Positions 1 through 30,005 of a stretch of 64,000 nt of DNA are shown piece after piece. A program made the position numbers and the translations under genes. Position 1 is the stretch's first letter; each line of letters begins with the position of its first letter. Under the pieces are notes generated by a model. The model did no database searches, was not told the origin of the DNA, and was given only the letters and a program-made list of their open reading frames with translations. The stretch covers positions 124,001 through 188,000 of the forward strand of contig NIVC01000464.1 in NCBI GenBank assembly GCA_002269645.1, read 5' to 3'. The DNA is from Macrostomum lignano (taxonomy: Eukaryota).

Positions 1-171
1 AAATTAAAACTCGAAAGGAACAGCAATCACCGCAATAAAGGTTCAATAGCAAAAAGTTTGATTATTGATTTTTTATAACGCATTGCTACATTTTAGCTAC
101 TTATATTCAGTAGTATATAAAGCTTACTTTTTCAAACAGGGGCTACTGATTCTACTCCCAATGTTTCATAG

Positions 172-365
172 GGGGTTGTAGCATAGTGTGGTTAGAGTAT
201 CGGGCTCAAGACTGAAAGGTCGGGGGTTCGATTCTCGACCTGACTCGGAAACAATTTTAACCAGCTTTAGCTGGGGTAATTGAGGGTCCTTAGACAGAAC
301 AGCCGTAACGCAGCCTTCAAACGCAATAGCTGCGGCTGAGCTGTCGGTTGCACATCTGGCCCAAT
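172..365 (+). mobile_element. tRNA-headed SINE, family 2, copy 1
   Basis: Pol III A box (TAGCATAGTGTGG) and B box (GGTTCGATTC), then a body (CCAGCTTTAGCTGGGGTAATTGAG...GCAGCCTTCA...AGCTGCGGCTGAGCTGTCGGTTGCACAT) found again in opposite orientation at 42525-42757. Confidence 0.7.
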
Positions 366-621
366 TAGGGCAGGTGCAATCAATTATTATTAGCTCATAT
401 TCATTATTTTTCAACAGTTTCGGTAGTTATAGTTAAAAGCATAATAATAACCATTTTTACCATTAGGTTACTTAGCATCAGCTACTAAGTCAGTAGTATA
501 GTAAGTATTGCAGTATAGAACGGATATTTCCGCCTCATTACAATCTAAATTAATTGGTGAGCGACTAAAAAAATTCCAACAGAAAGCAGATAAAATCAGA
601 TTTCAATCCGAGCCTCAGAAC

Positions 622-18022
<17,401 letters not shown>

Positions 18023-18224
18023 ATTGGCTGATAGATTGATTTATTATTGATTTGTTTGTTATATAGCGATAGCGGATTTTAAGAAATTAAACTCGTTTCC
18101 TTTCTCTCTGAAAGGACAGAAATGATATTTTTAGGATAGGTTGTATATGAATACTAATACTGAGATATATTATATGGTTCTTAATTAATAACATACTTTA
18201 CGTAAGAGCTATATACGAGTTACA

Positions 18225-18590
18225 GGTAAGGGGGGGCGGTGTGCACCCTGGCGCACTTTAAGCAACATTGTCACACAACCGGCGAGAGGCATTACTGCCC
18301 ATTCCGCCGACTCCCCTGAGCAGGCATACAAGCGCGCGGATACGTTACGCAGGCACACACTCACAGGAGTGTACAGAGGCCCTGACTTTATTAATCGTTA
18401 GGCATGTACACTTCACTGTGAATTGGGGGGGGGGGGGGTTGGCCCTTAAGGCAGTTAATTGCCCTGAGCCGAGCCAAGCCGAGATTCTAATTCAGCCCCA
18501 AATTAATGTGACTGCACTTGGAATCGAGCCTGGGCCGCTGGAACATCAGAGCGCCGCGCTGGACCGCTGGGCTACGGCACCCTGCACCAG
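18225..18590 (-). mobile_element. tRNA-derived SINE, family 1, copy 1
   Basis: Minus-strand head GGGTGCCGTAGCCCAGCGG...CCAGGCTCGATTCCAAG (A and B boxes). About 360 bp, co-linear with 27378-27730. Confidence 0.8.
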
Positions 18591-18853
18591 AGAGCTATAT
18601 ACGGCTACCTATTATTTATTATTGATGCATATAATGTACAAAAATACAAAACTTTCAAAACAGACTACATCAAGTTTATTTACTCATAGAACATATGCTT
18701 TGAAGCTACTATGAGTACAGAGTAACAGTATTTAAAATTTAATTATTGATCAAGGAGGAATTAGAACGGCAAAGCCAGGCCTTCAAATGTTTGTGAACGA
18801 TTTAGCCAAATTTAAATGCTAATTTTTACACAGTCAATTTCAGTCACTACATG

Positions 18854-21800
18854 TCAAGAATCAGCAGTTGCAGACGAAGACGTCAAAGGCAAACTCTGTT
18901 TAAACTTTATCAACCGTTTGTGCACTTCATCGGAGCCCAGATGGTGGAAAATCTCGCGCACTGATGGCCCCTCAGATTGGCCTGTCATTAGCAGCCTGGC
19001 CGCTTTGAAATGCAACGGCGAAGGCTTCTTAACTGAGCCAGTCGGCAAGGATGATGACGTCATGCTTGACAGTAGATCCATAGCGGACAATGCTAGACTG
19101 TCAGCGGTGCAGTGTGCTGCAGCAGACTCTGATAAGAGTTGAGCCAGGCCTTGCCACACTGCACTATCATCGGGAGCTCGAAATAGGTAACTATGCGAGT
19201 CCACATCGAATAGAGTTGCTAGGCGACCGCGTAGGGTTGCTAGGCATCTGTGCAGTTCGGCGTCGCTTGGAGAACTGTTTAATTTATGGGGAATTAATTA
19301 GGGTGAATTAGAGTAGTTATTAAAAAATGCCACATGTGAGATTCTAGCGCCAATAAATACCCGAAAGTGAGTTTAAAGCTCCAATTTATCACCACAGGTG
19401 AGATTCTGGCGCCAATTTAGCGCCCCAGGTGAGATTCTAGCGCCAATTCAGCGCCCCAGGTGAGATTCTAGCGCTAATTTAGCGCCGTAGATGAGAGTTT
19501 AGTGACAATTAAGCGCCGCAAGTGAGATTCTAGCGCTAATTTAGCGCCGCAGGTGAGATTCTGGCGCCAATTTAGCACCGCAAGTGAGATTTCAACGCCA
19601 ATTCAGCGCCCCAGGTGAGATTCTAGCGCCAATTTAGCGCCCTAGGTGAGATTCTAGCGCCAATTTAGCACCCCAGGTGAGATTCTAGCGCCAATTTAGC
19701 GCCGTAGATGAGAGTTTAGTGACAATTAAGCGCCGCAAGTGAGATTCTAGCGCTAATTTAGCGCCGCAGGTGAGATTCTAGCGCCAATTCAGCGCCCCAG
19801 ATGAGATTCTAGCGCCAATTGAGCGCCGCAGATAAGATTATAGCGCCAATTTAGCGCCTTACGTGGTATTTCAACGCCAATTTAGCACTGCAAGTGAGAG
19901 TTTAGCGCCAAATTTAGCAGAAACACATGACTAACCCTTCAATCCCATCAGCCAGAGCCAGCCGGTCTCTAACAGCTTGGATAGCAGCTGTGGATGCTAA
20001 TTCCGGAGTTAGCGAACGCAGCCCGGCAGATCGCAGAGCGGCAGGATCCAACCGGGCATCCCGACTAGCCAGACACTGCTCAGTGAGCTCGATTGCGCTG
20101 CAGAACTCTGACAGCGTTTTGGCTGGCGACTGCTGTGTCTGAATAGCGGCGGATTAGTGCTAGATATACATGCAGATAGGCTACCCTTCGATAATTCGCC
20201 TCCTTATTAGACCCTTCGATAATCCGCCTGACCCTTTGATAATCCGCCTGACCCTTAGATAATCCGCCTCCTTATTAGACCCTTCGATAATCCGCCTGAC
20301 CCTTCGATAATCAGCAGCCCATTCTGGCACTTCGATAATCCGTCCACTCTGAACCTTCGATAATCCAACCACTCTGACCCTTCGATAATCCGCCCCCATT
20401 CTGACCCTTCGATAATCCATCCCCCCTCTGGCCCTTCGATAATCCATTCACTCTGACTCTTCGAATAATCCGCTCTCTGGCCCTTTGATAATACATTCAC
20501 TCTGACTCTTCGAATAATCCGCTCTCTCTGACCCGTCGATAATCCGCTCTCTCTGACACTTCGATAATCCACCTCTTTGACCCTTTGATAATCCACTTAC
20601 TCAGACCCTTCGATAATCCACTCACTCAGACACTTCGATAATGCGCCCCTTTGACCCTTTGAAAATCCGCCCGTTTGATTTTACCCTTCGATAAGCCGCT
20701 CATTTGCCTTTTGATAATCCGCCTTTTTGACACTTCGATAATGAGCCCTCATTTGACCCCTCGATAATCCGCCCAATTTGACCCTTCGATAATCCACCCA
20801 CTCAGTTACCAGTTCCTGCTCAGCAGACGACTCTCCAATCCGCCGTCCAGTCCAAGTGGCCGACACCAGCCAATCAATAACAGCCTCGGGCAGGTAGCCG
20901 AGAGCGCGCAGCTCGCGAATCTCCGTAGCAACCGCCGGTCCGTCTTTGCCGCTACTGCCGCCGCCGCCGCCCTTCCGTTTAGACAGCTTGGCACCGTCTC
21001 GCCAGTCTAACAACAGCGGTAGATGAGCGAACAGCAACGACGACGGCGGCGGCGGCGCGTCAGTGTTCGACGGCAGCACAGAGTCGAGCGCGGCTCGCAG
21101 TAGCACATGCTTCGGCGCCGATGGCAGCCATTCCCGGCCGCGGATGACGTGAGTAACGCCAGAGCATCGGTCGTCGAACACGCTGGCAAGATGGTACACT
21201 GGCCAGCCGTCAGACTTCAATAGCACAGGATCGGCTTCCATGCCGGTTAGGGGGAAGCTTAGATCGCCTAGCAGGAGGTCGCGGACTCGAATCGTTGATG
21301 GCGATGTTGATGATGAGGATGACAATGATGACGGAAGTAGACGAGCAGCTGCGGCGCGCATGTTAAAGCGAATCACTGGTGAGCGCTCACCTGATGAGGC
21401 AAAAAGTGTTCAGTCGGACACGGGCTGCCAGTCTAGCTCACAGATAGTAGAATAACCAGATTGGCCAGTCAGCACATTTGCGTGTAAGCTACTGTCAGTT
21501 CAGTAGTAAGTTAAACTGAAGCAGTTTGATGTATTTTAGAGCCAAGGCTCATTTATAGGTTCTTAACCCCCAGCTTAAACCCTTCAACCACGCCTTTCCA
21601 CACTAGCCCCCCCTCCGCCCCGCCCCAATTTTTATAACCTTTCTCGAAATTTCAGTCTAAAGCTGCCATGTACATTTAAGAGGACTGGCCAATGTACATT
21701 ATTGCTGACCCCAATTAGCAAGCTGTTTACGCACCTGCAAGCTTTGCTTGGACTTCAAAACTTATCAAAGTTATTTCAGCTGCCTTATTTTTTATAAAAT

Positions 21801-24276
21801 AGCTTATGTATTCTTCTTTGCTACCGAACTGATAGTAGAAAGCTGTTTTTACTAAGCATATATGCCTGAGTGGCCCAGCTAATTATTCTATACATATTAG
21901 GTCATTGCAGGAGGGGCATTGAGGCAATTCTACCCAATCCGCTGACTCCCTGGGCACATACAAGCTACCGGTAAGCCACTGTACGCGGGCACGCACTCAT
22001 ACACAGGCTTACATAGGGTGTACAGCGGGTCTTTGATTTCTAATTTCTCGGGCACACAAGCCCGAAATGAAAGTGGCCGCGCACGGAATCAAATCAGCTG
22101 TTCTGCTTTTTCGAAGATCTTCAAAGACTGTTGCCAATGCTTAATAAATTCTTCTGTTTTTGTGCTTTCGCAATTGATGCGATAGAGGCGACTGTTGCGT
22201 CACAAGTGCGTCACGTGAGTTGTAGAATCAGAGTGGCGAAAGAGTCGTCCCAAGAATCGTTGGCGCTCATGAGTCACTGAGTTGTGTCTGAATGTGATAG
22301 AGTCGCTATTGAGTCAATGAGTTGTGTCTGAATGTGATAGAGTCGCTATTGAGTCAATGAGTTGTGTCTGAATGTGATAGAGTCGCTATTGAGTCAATGA
22401 GTTGTGTCTGAATGTGATAGAGTCGCTATTGAGTCAATGAGTTGTGTCTGAATGTGATAGAGTCGCTATTGAGTCACTGAGTTGTGTCTGAAGGTGATAG
22501 AGTCGCTATTGAGTCACTGAGTTGTGTCTGAAGGTGATAGAGTCGCTATTGAGTCACTGAGTTGTGTCTGAATGTGATAGAGTTGCTATTGAGTCACTGA
22601 GTTGTGTCTGAATGTGATGGAGTCGCTATTGAGTCAATGAGTTGTGTCTGAATGTGATAGAGTCGCTATTGAGTCACTGAGTTGTGTCTGAAGGTGATAG
22701 AGTCGCTATTGAGTCACTGAGTTGTGTCTGAATGTGATAGAGTTGCTATTGAGTCACTGAGTTGTGTCTGAAGGTGATGGAGTCGCTATTGAGTCACTGA
22801 GTTGTGTCTGAATGTGATGGAGTCGCTATTGAGTCACTGAGTTGTGTCTGAATGTGATAGAGTCGCTATTGAGTCAATGAGTTGTGTCTGAATGTGATAG
22901 AGTCGCTATTGAGTCAATGAGTTGTGTCTGAATGTGATAGAGTCGCTATTGAGTCAATGAGTTGTGTCTGAATGTGATAGAGTCGCTATTGAGTCACTGA
23001 GTTGTGTCTGAATGTGATAGAGTCGCTATTGAGTCAATGAGTTGTGTCTGAATGTGATAGAGTCGCTATTGAGTCAATGAGTTGTGTCTGAAGGTGATAG
23101 AGACGCTATTGAGTCACTGAGTTGTGTCTGAATGTGATAGAGTCGCTATTGAGTCAATGAGTTGTGTCTGAATGTGATAGAGTCGCTATTGAGTCAATGA
23201 GTTGTGTCTGAATGTGATAGAGTCGCTATTGAGTCAATGAGTTGTGTCTGAAGGTGATAGAGTCGCTATTGAGTCACTGAGTTGTGTCTGAATGTGATTG
23301 AGTCGCTATTGAGTCACTGAGTTGTGTCTGAAGCGCATTTGAGTCGCTTGATAAATTAGAGTCACAGCGGCGTTTCGGCGGCATTCTCCAGTCGCTAAAG
23401 CGCTTAAGCCACTGTAGCGCTTTGTATACGTTACAGAGTCAGAGTTACAGTTACACAATAAACATTCAGTGTAGTTTATTAAATTCTAATTGCACTCTAA
23501 CTAGCCTACTGAGTTAGTAGTAGAAAGTTAAGCGTCAAAACAATGATTCTTGGCCAACTCTTGCAACTTTTACGATTCTACAACTCAAGTGACGGGCTTG
23601 TCACGCAGCAGTCGCCTCTACCGTCGTATCAAGACACATTTGAATCGTAATTAAGTCACAGGAGTCTCCCCAGAGTCACTAGAAAGTCGTTTGCAATGAC
23701 TTTTCAGCAATTCTTGTCACTGTAACATTTTCAAAGAGGTGTTACAGATGATTAAATTGTCAACTGACCAGCCGCCATCAGCTGCTGTCGCTCGTCAGCC
23801 GTCAACAATCGGCATTTGCCATCGTAGCCGGGCGTCTGCCCGGCGGCCCGTTGATGCCGACGCAAGAGCTCCAGCCGGTGCTCGGAGCAGAAGCACGGAT
23901 AGGCCAGGCCGCTATCCACTAGCCTAGCAGCGGCGTCTCTGTATTTGTCCAGCCTGTTAGACTGAACCGGCACTGAGTCTGCATTGTCCGGCCTCAGTCC
24001 TAGCCAATCCAATGACTCTAATATATCGCTAGCAGCTTCCGGTTTGCAACGCTTAGCATCCGTATCCTCTAGGCGTAATAGAAACCGGCCGTTGCTATGC
24101 CGTTTGGCGAAGGCAAAATTTACTAGAGCTGTACGAGCTCCGCCAACGTGCATGCGACCGGTGGGCGAAGGTGCAAAACGAACCACTACAGGCTGAGGCT
24201 CGCGGCAGCCGCCGCCTCCGCTGCTTGAGCAGAGCCGCAGGCGGCTGATGTGGCCAATAATTCCAGTAGATTTTCG
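18854..24276 (-). CDS. EARS2: Mitochondrial glutamyl-tRNA synthetase (class I GluRS), 4 coding exons; start codon not in the first visible exon
   Basis: Exons 24276-23769, 21390-20810, 20138-19936, 19274-18854, GT-AG with consistent phases. Motifs: VRFAPSPTGRMHVGGARTAL (HIGH), FLLRLEDTD, AYPCFCS, YDGKCR, KSDGWPVYHLASVFDD, VTHVIRGREWL, KLSKR (KMSKS-like), C-terminal LLMTGQSEGPSVREI. The N-terminal 30 codons are Arg/Ser-rich and presequence-like. Confidence 0.9.
19340..19920. repeat. 31 bp minisatellite (GAGATTCTAGCGCCAATTTAGCGCCCCAGGT), EARS2 intron 3
   Basis: Direct reading. Confidence 0.88.
20185..20800. repeat. Variable-length minisatellite with GACCCTTCGATAATCC core, EARS2 intron 2
   Basis: Direct reading. 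Confidence 0.85.
21443..21892. mobile_element. MITE-like palindromic element, copy 2 (EARS2 intron 1)
   Basis: Co-linear with 8773-9201 (AAAGCTGCCATGTACATTT, GGCCAATGTACATTA, CAATTAGCAAG, AAATAGCTTATGTATTCTTCTTTGCTAC). Confidence 0.75.
21905..22050 (-). mobile_element. Diverged fragment of the SINE family 1 central region
   Basis: CCAATCCGCTGACTCCCTGGGCACATACAAGC...GGGTGTACAGCGGGTCTTTGATTTCTAAT resembles the middle of 18225-18590. Confidence 0.55.
22275..23335. repeat. 40 bp minisatellite (GAGTCACTGAGTTGTGTCTGAATGTGATAGAGTCGCTATT), EARS2 intron 1
   Basis: About 26 units. Confidence 0.95.
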
Positions 24277-24295
24277 CTGCAGAGATATTTAGAAA
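24277..24295 (-). promoter_or_regulatory. 3' splice acceptor preceding the ATG-less first coding exon of EARS2 (candidate trans-splice acceptor)
   Basis: TTTCTAAATATCTCTGCAG|CGAAAA on the minus strand; phase 0 with the GluRS frame; in-frame TAA five codons upstream. Confidence 0.6.
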
Positions 24296-24409
24296 GCTAT
24301 AATTTAATGCATGGTTGCTAGTGCTTTCACTAATGACTTATGAAATGGCTTATTAGGACTAGAGCTGAATAGTACTACAGAGAGAGAGAGGGAGAGAGTG
24401 ATACCTCAG

Positions 24410-25070
24410 AGGACTGAATGAGTCATAGAGTGGTGTCAGACCATTGAATGAGTCATAGAGAGAGGAATGACAGACTACTGAATGAGTCATAGAAAGAGGA
24501 ATGACAGACCATTGAATGAGTCATAGAGAGAGGAATGACAGACTACTGAATGAGTCATAGAGAGAGGAATGACAGACTACTGAATGAGTCATAGAGGGAG
24601 GAATGACAGACTACTGAATGAGTCATAGAGAGAGGAACGACAGACTACTGAATGAGTAATAGAGGGAGGAATGACAGACTACTGAATGAGTCATAAAAAG
24701 AGGAATGACAGACCATTGAATGAGTCATAGAGAGAGGAATGACAGGCTACTGAATGAGTCATAGAGAGAGGAATGACAGACTACTGAATGAGTCATAGAG
24801 AGAGGAATGACAGACTACTGAATGAGTCATGGAGAGAGGAATGACAGACTACTGAATGAGTCATAGAGAGAGGAATGACAGACTACTGAATGAGTAATAG
24901 AGAGAGGAATGACAGACTACTGAATGAGTCATAGAGAGAGGAATGACAGACTACTGAATGAGTAATAGAGGGAGGAATGACAGACTACTGAATGAGTCAT
25001 AGAGGGAGGAATGACAGACTACTGAATGAGTCATAGAGAGAGGAATGACAGACTACTGAATGAGTAATAG
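24410..25070. repeat. 34 bp minisatellite (GACTACTGAATGAGTCATAGAGAGAGGAATGACA) between UBE2S and EARS2
   Basis: Direct reading. Confidence 0.93.
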
Positions 25071-25783
25071 AATGGTTTTAAACTACTAAAATACGAGTAT
25101 CGATGCACAGACATAGATCTATGCTCATAAATTGTAATAAACTACAGTAATATAAATTAAACCAGTCAGTAAGTAGTTCGTTAAAATACGTGTTACAGTT
25201 TATTACATTTTAAACAAATATTGGTTGAGTCATTAATTGCGAATGTTGTGGAAAACAAATATTAGCTGTTGTCATAAAAAATACCGGTCAATTATTGGCA
25301 TTTGCTCGTGCAGCAAGGGATGTAAAAAATGAGAAAAATCAATTTCATACTAGCATTACTTTCAATTGGTCAGGTACAAAATGAGTTGTTGGAATAAAAT
25401 AAGACGCCACTCAGTTGAGTTAACAAAAAGCATTATTAATTTTTGTGCACTGTGTGCTATAATTGGCATAGCCGCAACTTAATTGTAATTATATAGATAG
25501 GTAAACGCAATAATAAAATGAAATAAATTAGAATACATACCGAAGACTTTTAGTTAGCAGAATGTAAAAAAATTAATAAAAGCATCGGCCGTGTACAAGT
25601 ATAGGCTATTGACGTTTATTACTGTATTAAAACAATGATACAAAATGTACACACACTTGATGAAAGTAAATCACACTACTAATAGTAACAGGTCATTTTA
25701 AGCAACGAGGACCATTTAGATATTTAAAGTTAATAAAAGCGGTTCATTTATTCTCAGCTGAACGCTTAAGCGACCGCACCGCA

Positions 25784-27167
25784 TCACAAACGTTTCAGCG
25801 CCTTTTTAGTCTTGCTTTTAGCTGCATTGGCTCCGGCTGCGGTTCCAGTTGATGAGGCTGACGCTGCAGAGGGCTTCTTTGAGCTGTCGCTGCCAGATCC
25901 GTTCTCGTTGGAATCCTTCAGGCTGGACGGCGGTTTGGGATTTGAGATGGATTTTTAAGCTGGTGACTTAAATTTTGGATTTGGGATTAAGGTTTGGGAT
26001 TTGAGATGGATTCTTAAGCTGCTGACTTAGATTTGAGATTTTGGGATTAAGGTTTGGGATTTGAGATGGATTTTTAAGCTGGTGACTTAGATTTTGGATT
26101 TTGGGATTAATGTTTTGGATTTGAGATGGATTTTTAAGCTGGTGACTTAGATTTGGGATTTTGGAGTTTGGGGTTAGGTTTAGGATTTGAGGATTATGCT
26201 AGGGATTTGGGGTTAGGTTTGGGATTTGCGGATTAGATTTGGGAGTTCAGGATTATGCTATGGATTTGAAGATCAGGTCTGGGATTTGGAGATTAGGCTT
26301 GGGATTTAGGGATTAGGTTTGGGATTTGTGGATTAGATTTGGGATTTGGGATTAAGGTTTGGGATTTGAGATGGCTTTTTTAAGCTGGTGACTTATATTT
26401 GGGATTTTGGGATTTGGGGTTAGGTTTGGGATTTGAGGATTACGCTAGGGATTTGGAGATTAGGTTTGAAATTTGAGAATTCGTTTTGGGATTTGATGAT
26501 TATGCTAGGGATTTGGGGTTAAGTTTGGGATTTGGGAGTATGTTTGGGATTTGAGGATTAGATTTGGGATTTGAGGATTATGCTATGGATTTGGAGATTA
26601 GGTTTGGGATTTGGGAAATATGCTTAGACTTAAAATCATAACTGAATAGACTATGATGATTACTTAAACTCACATAGCAGCAGAGTCGCCGCCTTCTGTA
26701 CACTTTAACGCGTGAATCTCCGTGTAGAGTCGAGCCCGAGCAAAGTACTCAGAGTACTCTTCTAGCAAAAGTCGGCCAGCATCTTCATTTAAGGCTGACT
26801 CGGGATTAGGCACAATGAGCAGGCATTTAATCACTAGGAGAAGCTTCTTAAGCCCGGTGTCCGGTGTCCAATCCCGTTTGAGCGTGTTAACACAGATCTC
26901 CCCAGTCTGAGGTGCAATATTCGGATGAAATATCTTAGTGATAAAGTAGCCCTTCGGCGGCTCATTAGGATAGTTGGAACCCAGATGCAGCTTGATGTGA
27001 AAACTGCCGCCAGCGTAGGGTGTGTCAACAGGACCATCAATATAGGCCTGGATGTCTGCGAGGTTGGATTCATTGAACACAATTCTAATGCCTTCTGGTG
27101 GATGAAGCAGCAGTTCCTTCACTTCCTTTGACAGCTGCCTCACCACCGATGGCTGACAGTTTTCCAT
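25784..27167 (-). CDS. UBE2S: Ubiquitin-conjugating enzyme E2 S, 2 exons
   Basis: Exon 27167-26674 encodes the UBC fold ([44 protein letters not shown]). Donor AT|GTGAG joins acceptor CCAG|C at 25922; exon 2 ends [13 protein letters not shown]-stop (25784), the basic LRRL-type tail typical of UBE2S. Confidence 0.93.
25935..26630. repeat. Degenerate GGGATTT/GGATTAG-rich repeat, UBE2S intron
   Basis: Direct reading; irregular period. Confidence 0.8.
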
Positions 27168-27377
27168 TCCTTACTAATAAATAAGGTCAAAGGCTGCAAT
27201 GTAATGTTATTGCAATACTTTAATAGCATAATTAGTTATAATTAATCAGAACTTATTTAACCTCTGGATTATCCAGCAACACTTCATGTATTTTTCATTA
27301 ACTGACTATATTTTAAAAAGCTATTAAAATATTTTCATTTACTAAAGAATCTAAAATAGCTAAGCCTTTTTTTATTA

Positions 27378-27730
27378 GTGGCAGGGAGGTTGTGTGCACC
27401 CTGGCACACTTTAAGCGACATTGGCACACAACCGGCGAGAGGCATTACTGCCCATTCCGCCAACTCCCCTGAGCAGGCATACAAGCGCGCGGATACGTAC
27501 GCAGGCACAAACTCACACAGGAGTGTACAGCAGCCCTGACTTTATATTATCATTACGTATGTACACTTCATTGCGCCTTGGGGGGTTGGCTCTCAAGGCC
27601 ATTAATTGCATAAGCAGAGCCAAGCCAAGATTCCATTTTAGCCCCAAATTAATGTGACTGCACTTGGAATCGAGCCTGGGTCTCTGGCACACTAGAGCAG
27701 CTGCGCTACCGCTGGGCTATGGCCCCCCAT
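27378..27730 (-). mobile_element. tRNA-derived SINE, family 1, copy 2
   Basis: Co-linear, highly similar copy of 18225-18590 (CACAACCGGCGAGAGGCATTACTGCCCATTCCGCC...CACTTGGAATCGAGCCTGGG). Confidence 0.8.
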
Positions 27731-28098
27731 TAGCTAAGCCTAACAATTGAATATTTATAATAATCAACTCAACTAAGCCAAGGGCCACATGACATGAGTT
27801 AGTGCCTCATGGCCAAGCCAACTTATTTTTATTGGGTTTATTAAATTGATATTAACATAGAAATGACGAAGTAAACATAAAATTATTAGCACTATAAAGT
27901 TTATATTACTAATGTCTATAGATCTGACAATGCCAAACATAATAAAACTATTTGACAATGAAAGGTGCATACTGTATAGGCCAAATCTTGAATATTAAAA
28001 AAGCTAATACCAAATAAAATTGCTTCTGATATTTCCTACCACATATTATAAATACAATTCTTGTCTATTTTCAATATCAGAGCTTTGAAATATGAGCA

Positions 28099-30005
28099 TG
28101 CGGGGTGATTCAAAAGTAACAAGAATTTTGTGTTATAACTTTTGAACAGATGAACTTATCAACTTGAAGTTTTCACACAACAATTTTTCAAATATTCATG
28201 AAATACATAGCTTCAGTTTCAGCTCTATAAGCCAATTCAAAACAAGTAGTATCCTGCGTAAAAGTCTGAACTTAGAGATAAAAAAATTATGTATCTTGTC
28301 TATGGTCTGGAGACTATAAAAAAATTCTTGAATTTTAAAGCTGGCTCTTAGTGCTGGCTCCTTCTTCCATTATTTATAGACAAAGCTGATTTGATTTTTT
28401 GTTTTAAACTGCAGTGTCATGCCAATTTGCAAATGTTTAGCTCAGTGACTGGACTAATCAAAGTGCCTTAAAGTTACAAGTGAGAGCATCCAAAAGATCA
28501 CACAGAAATTAGATCAAAGGATAGGCCAATGACATTTTATTGCCAGTCTGGTCTAACTTGGAAAGAGGCTATACAAAACCACTTGGGACCTAAACCAACC
28601 CTTTGGAGATCACTGCATGGGTTTATGCTCACTGCAAGGCATTCTACAAGGGTGCAATAGGATGTGGTGATGCACCAAAGTTTGGTCCTCACTGCATGGT
28701 CAACAGGCAATAAAAGCAAGGAAATTGCCTATGATTATCTTTGCACCAATTCATTTATTACAATGCATAAAATTAAGGTTTGTTACCTTTCCATCACTTC
28801 TATGAGCCACATCTTCAAGGTCAAGGAGATCAATTGGTCTATGCTAAGTGGGTGCTGCATGAGTTGACCCTGGATCAAAAAGGTAGCAAGTTCAATGTGC
28901 TATGGAAAACTTGTGGGTGTGGCAACAAGTTAGTGATGAAGAGCTTAAACAACTTTTTATCATCATGGATAAGATGCAGCTGCCAATGTTCAACCCACTC
29001 ACTAAGCAACAGTCAATGCAGTGGGGGCCTAGGGGCTATCAGGGGCGTAGCCAGGAATTTCCTACGGGGGGGATACACCAAGGTGAATTTCCTACGGGGG
29101 GATACACCAAGGTAAAAGTGCTCACATGGTAGCATGTATAGCGAAAAAGTGCAACAAAAAAGTTTTGGTCAGGCTCTTCTTCGGGGGGGGGGATACATCC
29201 CCCCTGATCCCCCCCTCCCTATGCCACTGGGGGCTATCAGCCATACACAAAGCCAATGAAGTTGGCTTGGACGTGCAACATCATGTGCACTATGTGGTTT
29301 GATGCCTGTGGTATTCTGATAGTCAACTATCTGCCAGAAAAGACTATCAATTCCACTTACTTGCAAGATCAGCTTGTTTGCACAAGGTCTTCAAATTTTA
29401 ACAAGGAGTTTAACAAGGAAGCGCCACATTATACATGCTAGGACTTTCATCCTATGGGACAATGTTCACCCTCATATTGCTGCAGCCACCATAAAGAAAG
29501 TGGAAGAGCTTGGCTTTTAGCTGCTCAATTATCCGCTTATTTACCAGACCTCCCCATTGCTAACTTTCACTTGTGAATGAAGAAGCCTATGCAAGGTTGT
29601 GCCTTCACCAGTCATGAGAAACTTGTAGTGGAGGCCAACAAATATTTTTATTTCTTGCCTATGAGCTTCTGGGAAGAGAATGTTGACAAGCAGCTATATT
29701 GTATAAGAAATATATTTAGCTCAATGACAGCTTTGTGGAACATTTTGAAATTGTTAAAAAATAGATGGAGGCACTAGTTTTTTTTACACAGTAAACATGT
29801 TTAACTTATTCACTTTTCTATAAACAAAAAATTATAGTTGTTTATCTTGAGGTTTAGATTTTCACACAGGATGCTACTGTTGAGTATTGGCTTATAGAGC
29901 CAGAACTAAAGCAGTATGTTACATGAATATTAGAAAAATTATTGCATGAATTTTCAAGTTGATAAGTTATAACAAAATTCTTGTTAATTTTGAAACACTT
30001 CTTAT
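28099..30005 (+). mobile_element. Decayed mariner (Tc1/mariner) DNA transposon with TIRs
   Basis: TIR-like GGGGTGATTCAAAAGTAACAAGAATTTTG (28102) and inverted CAAAATTCTTGTTAATTTTGAAACACTT (~29970-30000). Remnant transposase YAKWVLHELTLDQK (WVPHEL motif, ~28840) and ILWDNVHPH (~29450), with stops and frameshifts. Confidence 0.75.
29040..29229. mobile_element. Small MITE nested in the mariner remnant
   Basis: Ends CAGGGGCGTAGCCAGG and CCCTATGCCACTG are imperfect inverted repeats; internal duplicated GAATTTCCTACGGGGGGGATACACCAAGGT. Confidence 0.5.

Noticed and set aside
172-250. Functional tRNA gene
   Set aside because: A and B boxes are present but the anticodon and T stems pair poorly, and the downstream body is shared with a dispersed copy at 42525-42757, indicating a SINE head.
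22275-23335. Regular 30-40 bp arrays as CRISPR arrays
   Set aside because: Units are head-to-tail with no unique spacers, there are no cas genes, and the context is intron-containing eukaryotic DNA.
18854-24276. Bacterial gltX acquired by horizontal transfer or contamination
   Set aside because: Three spliceosomal introns and a presequence-like N-terminus fit the nuclear-encoded mitochondrial EARS2.
25085-25130. Candidate upstream ATG exon for EARS2
   Set aside because: The ATGs there reach only weak GT sites and not in phase 0; not supportable, though it cannot be fully excluded without transcripts.
25935-26630. Interstitial telomeric repeat
   Set aside because: Only scattered GGGTTAG-like words in an irregular GGGATTT repeat; no (TTAGGG)n run.
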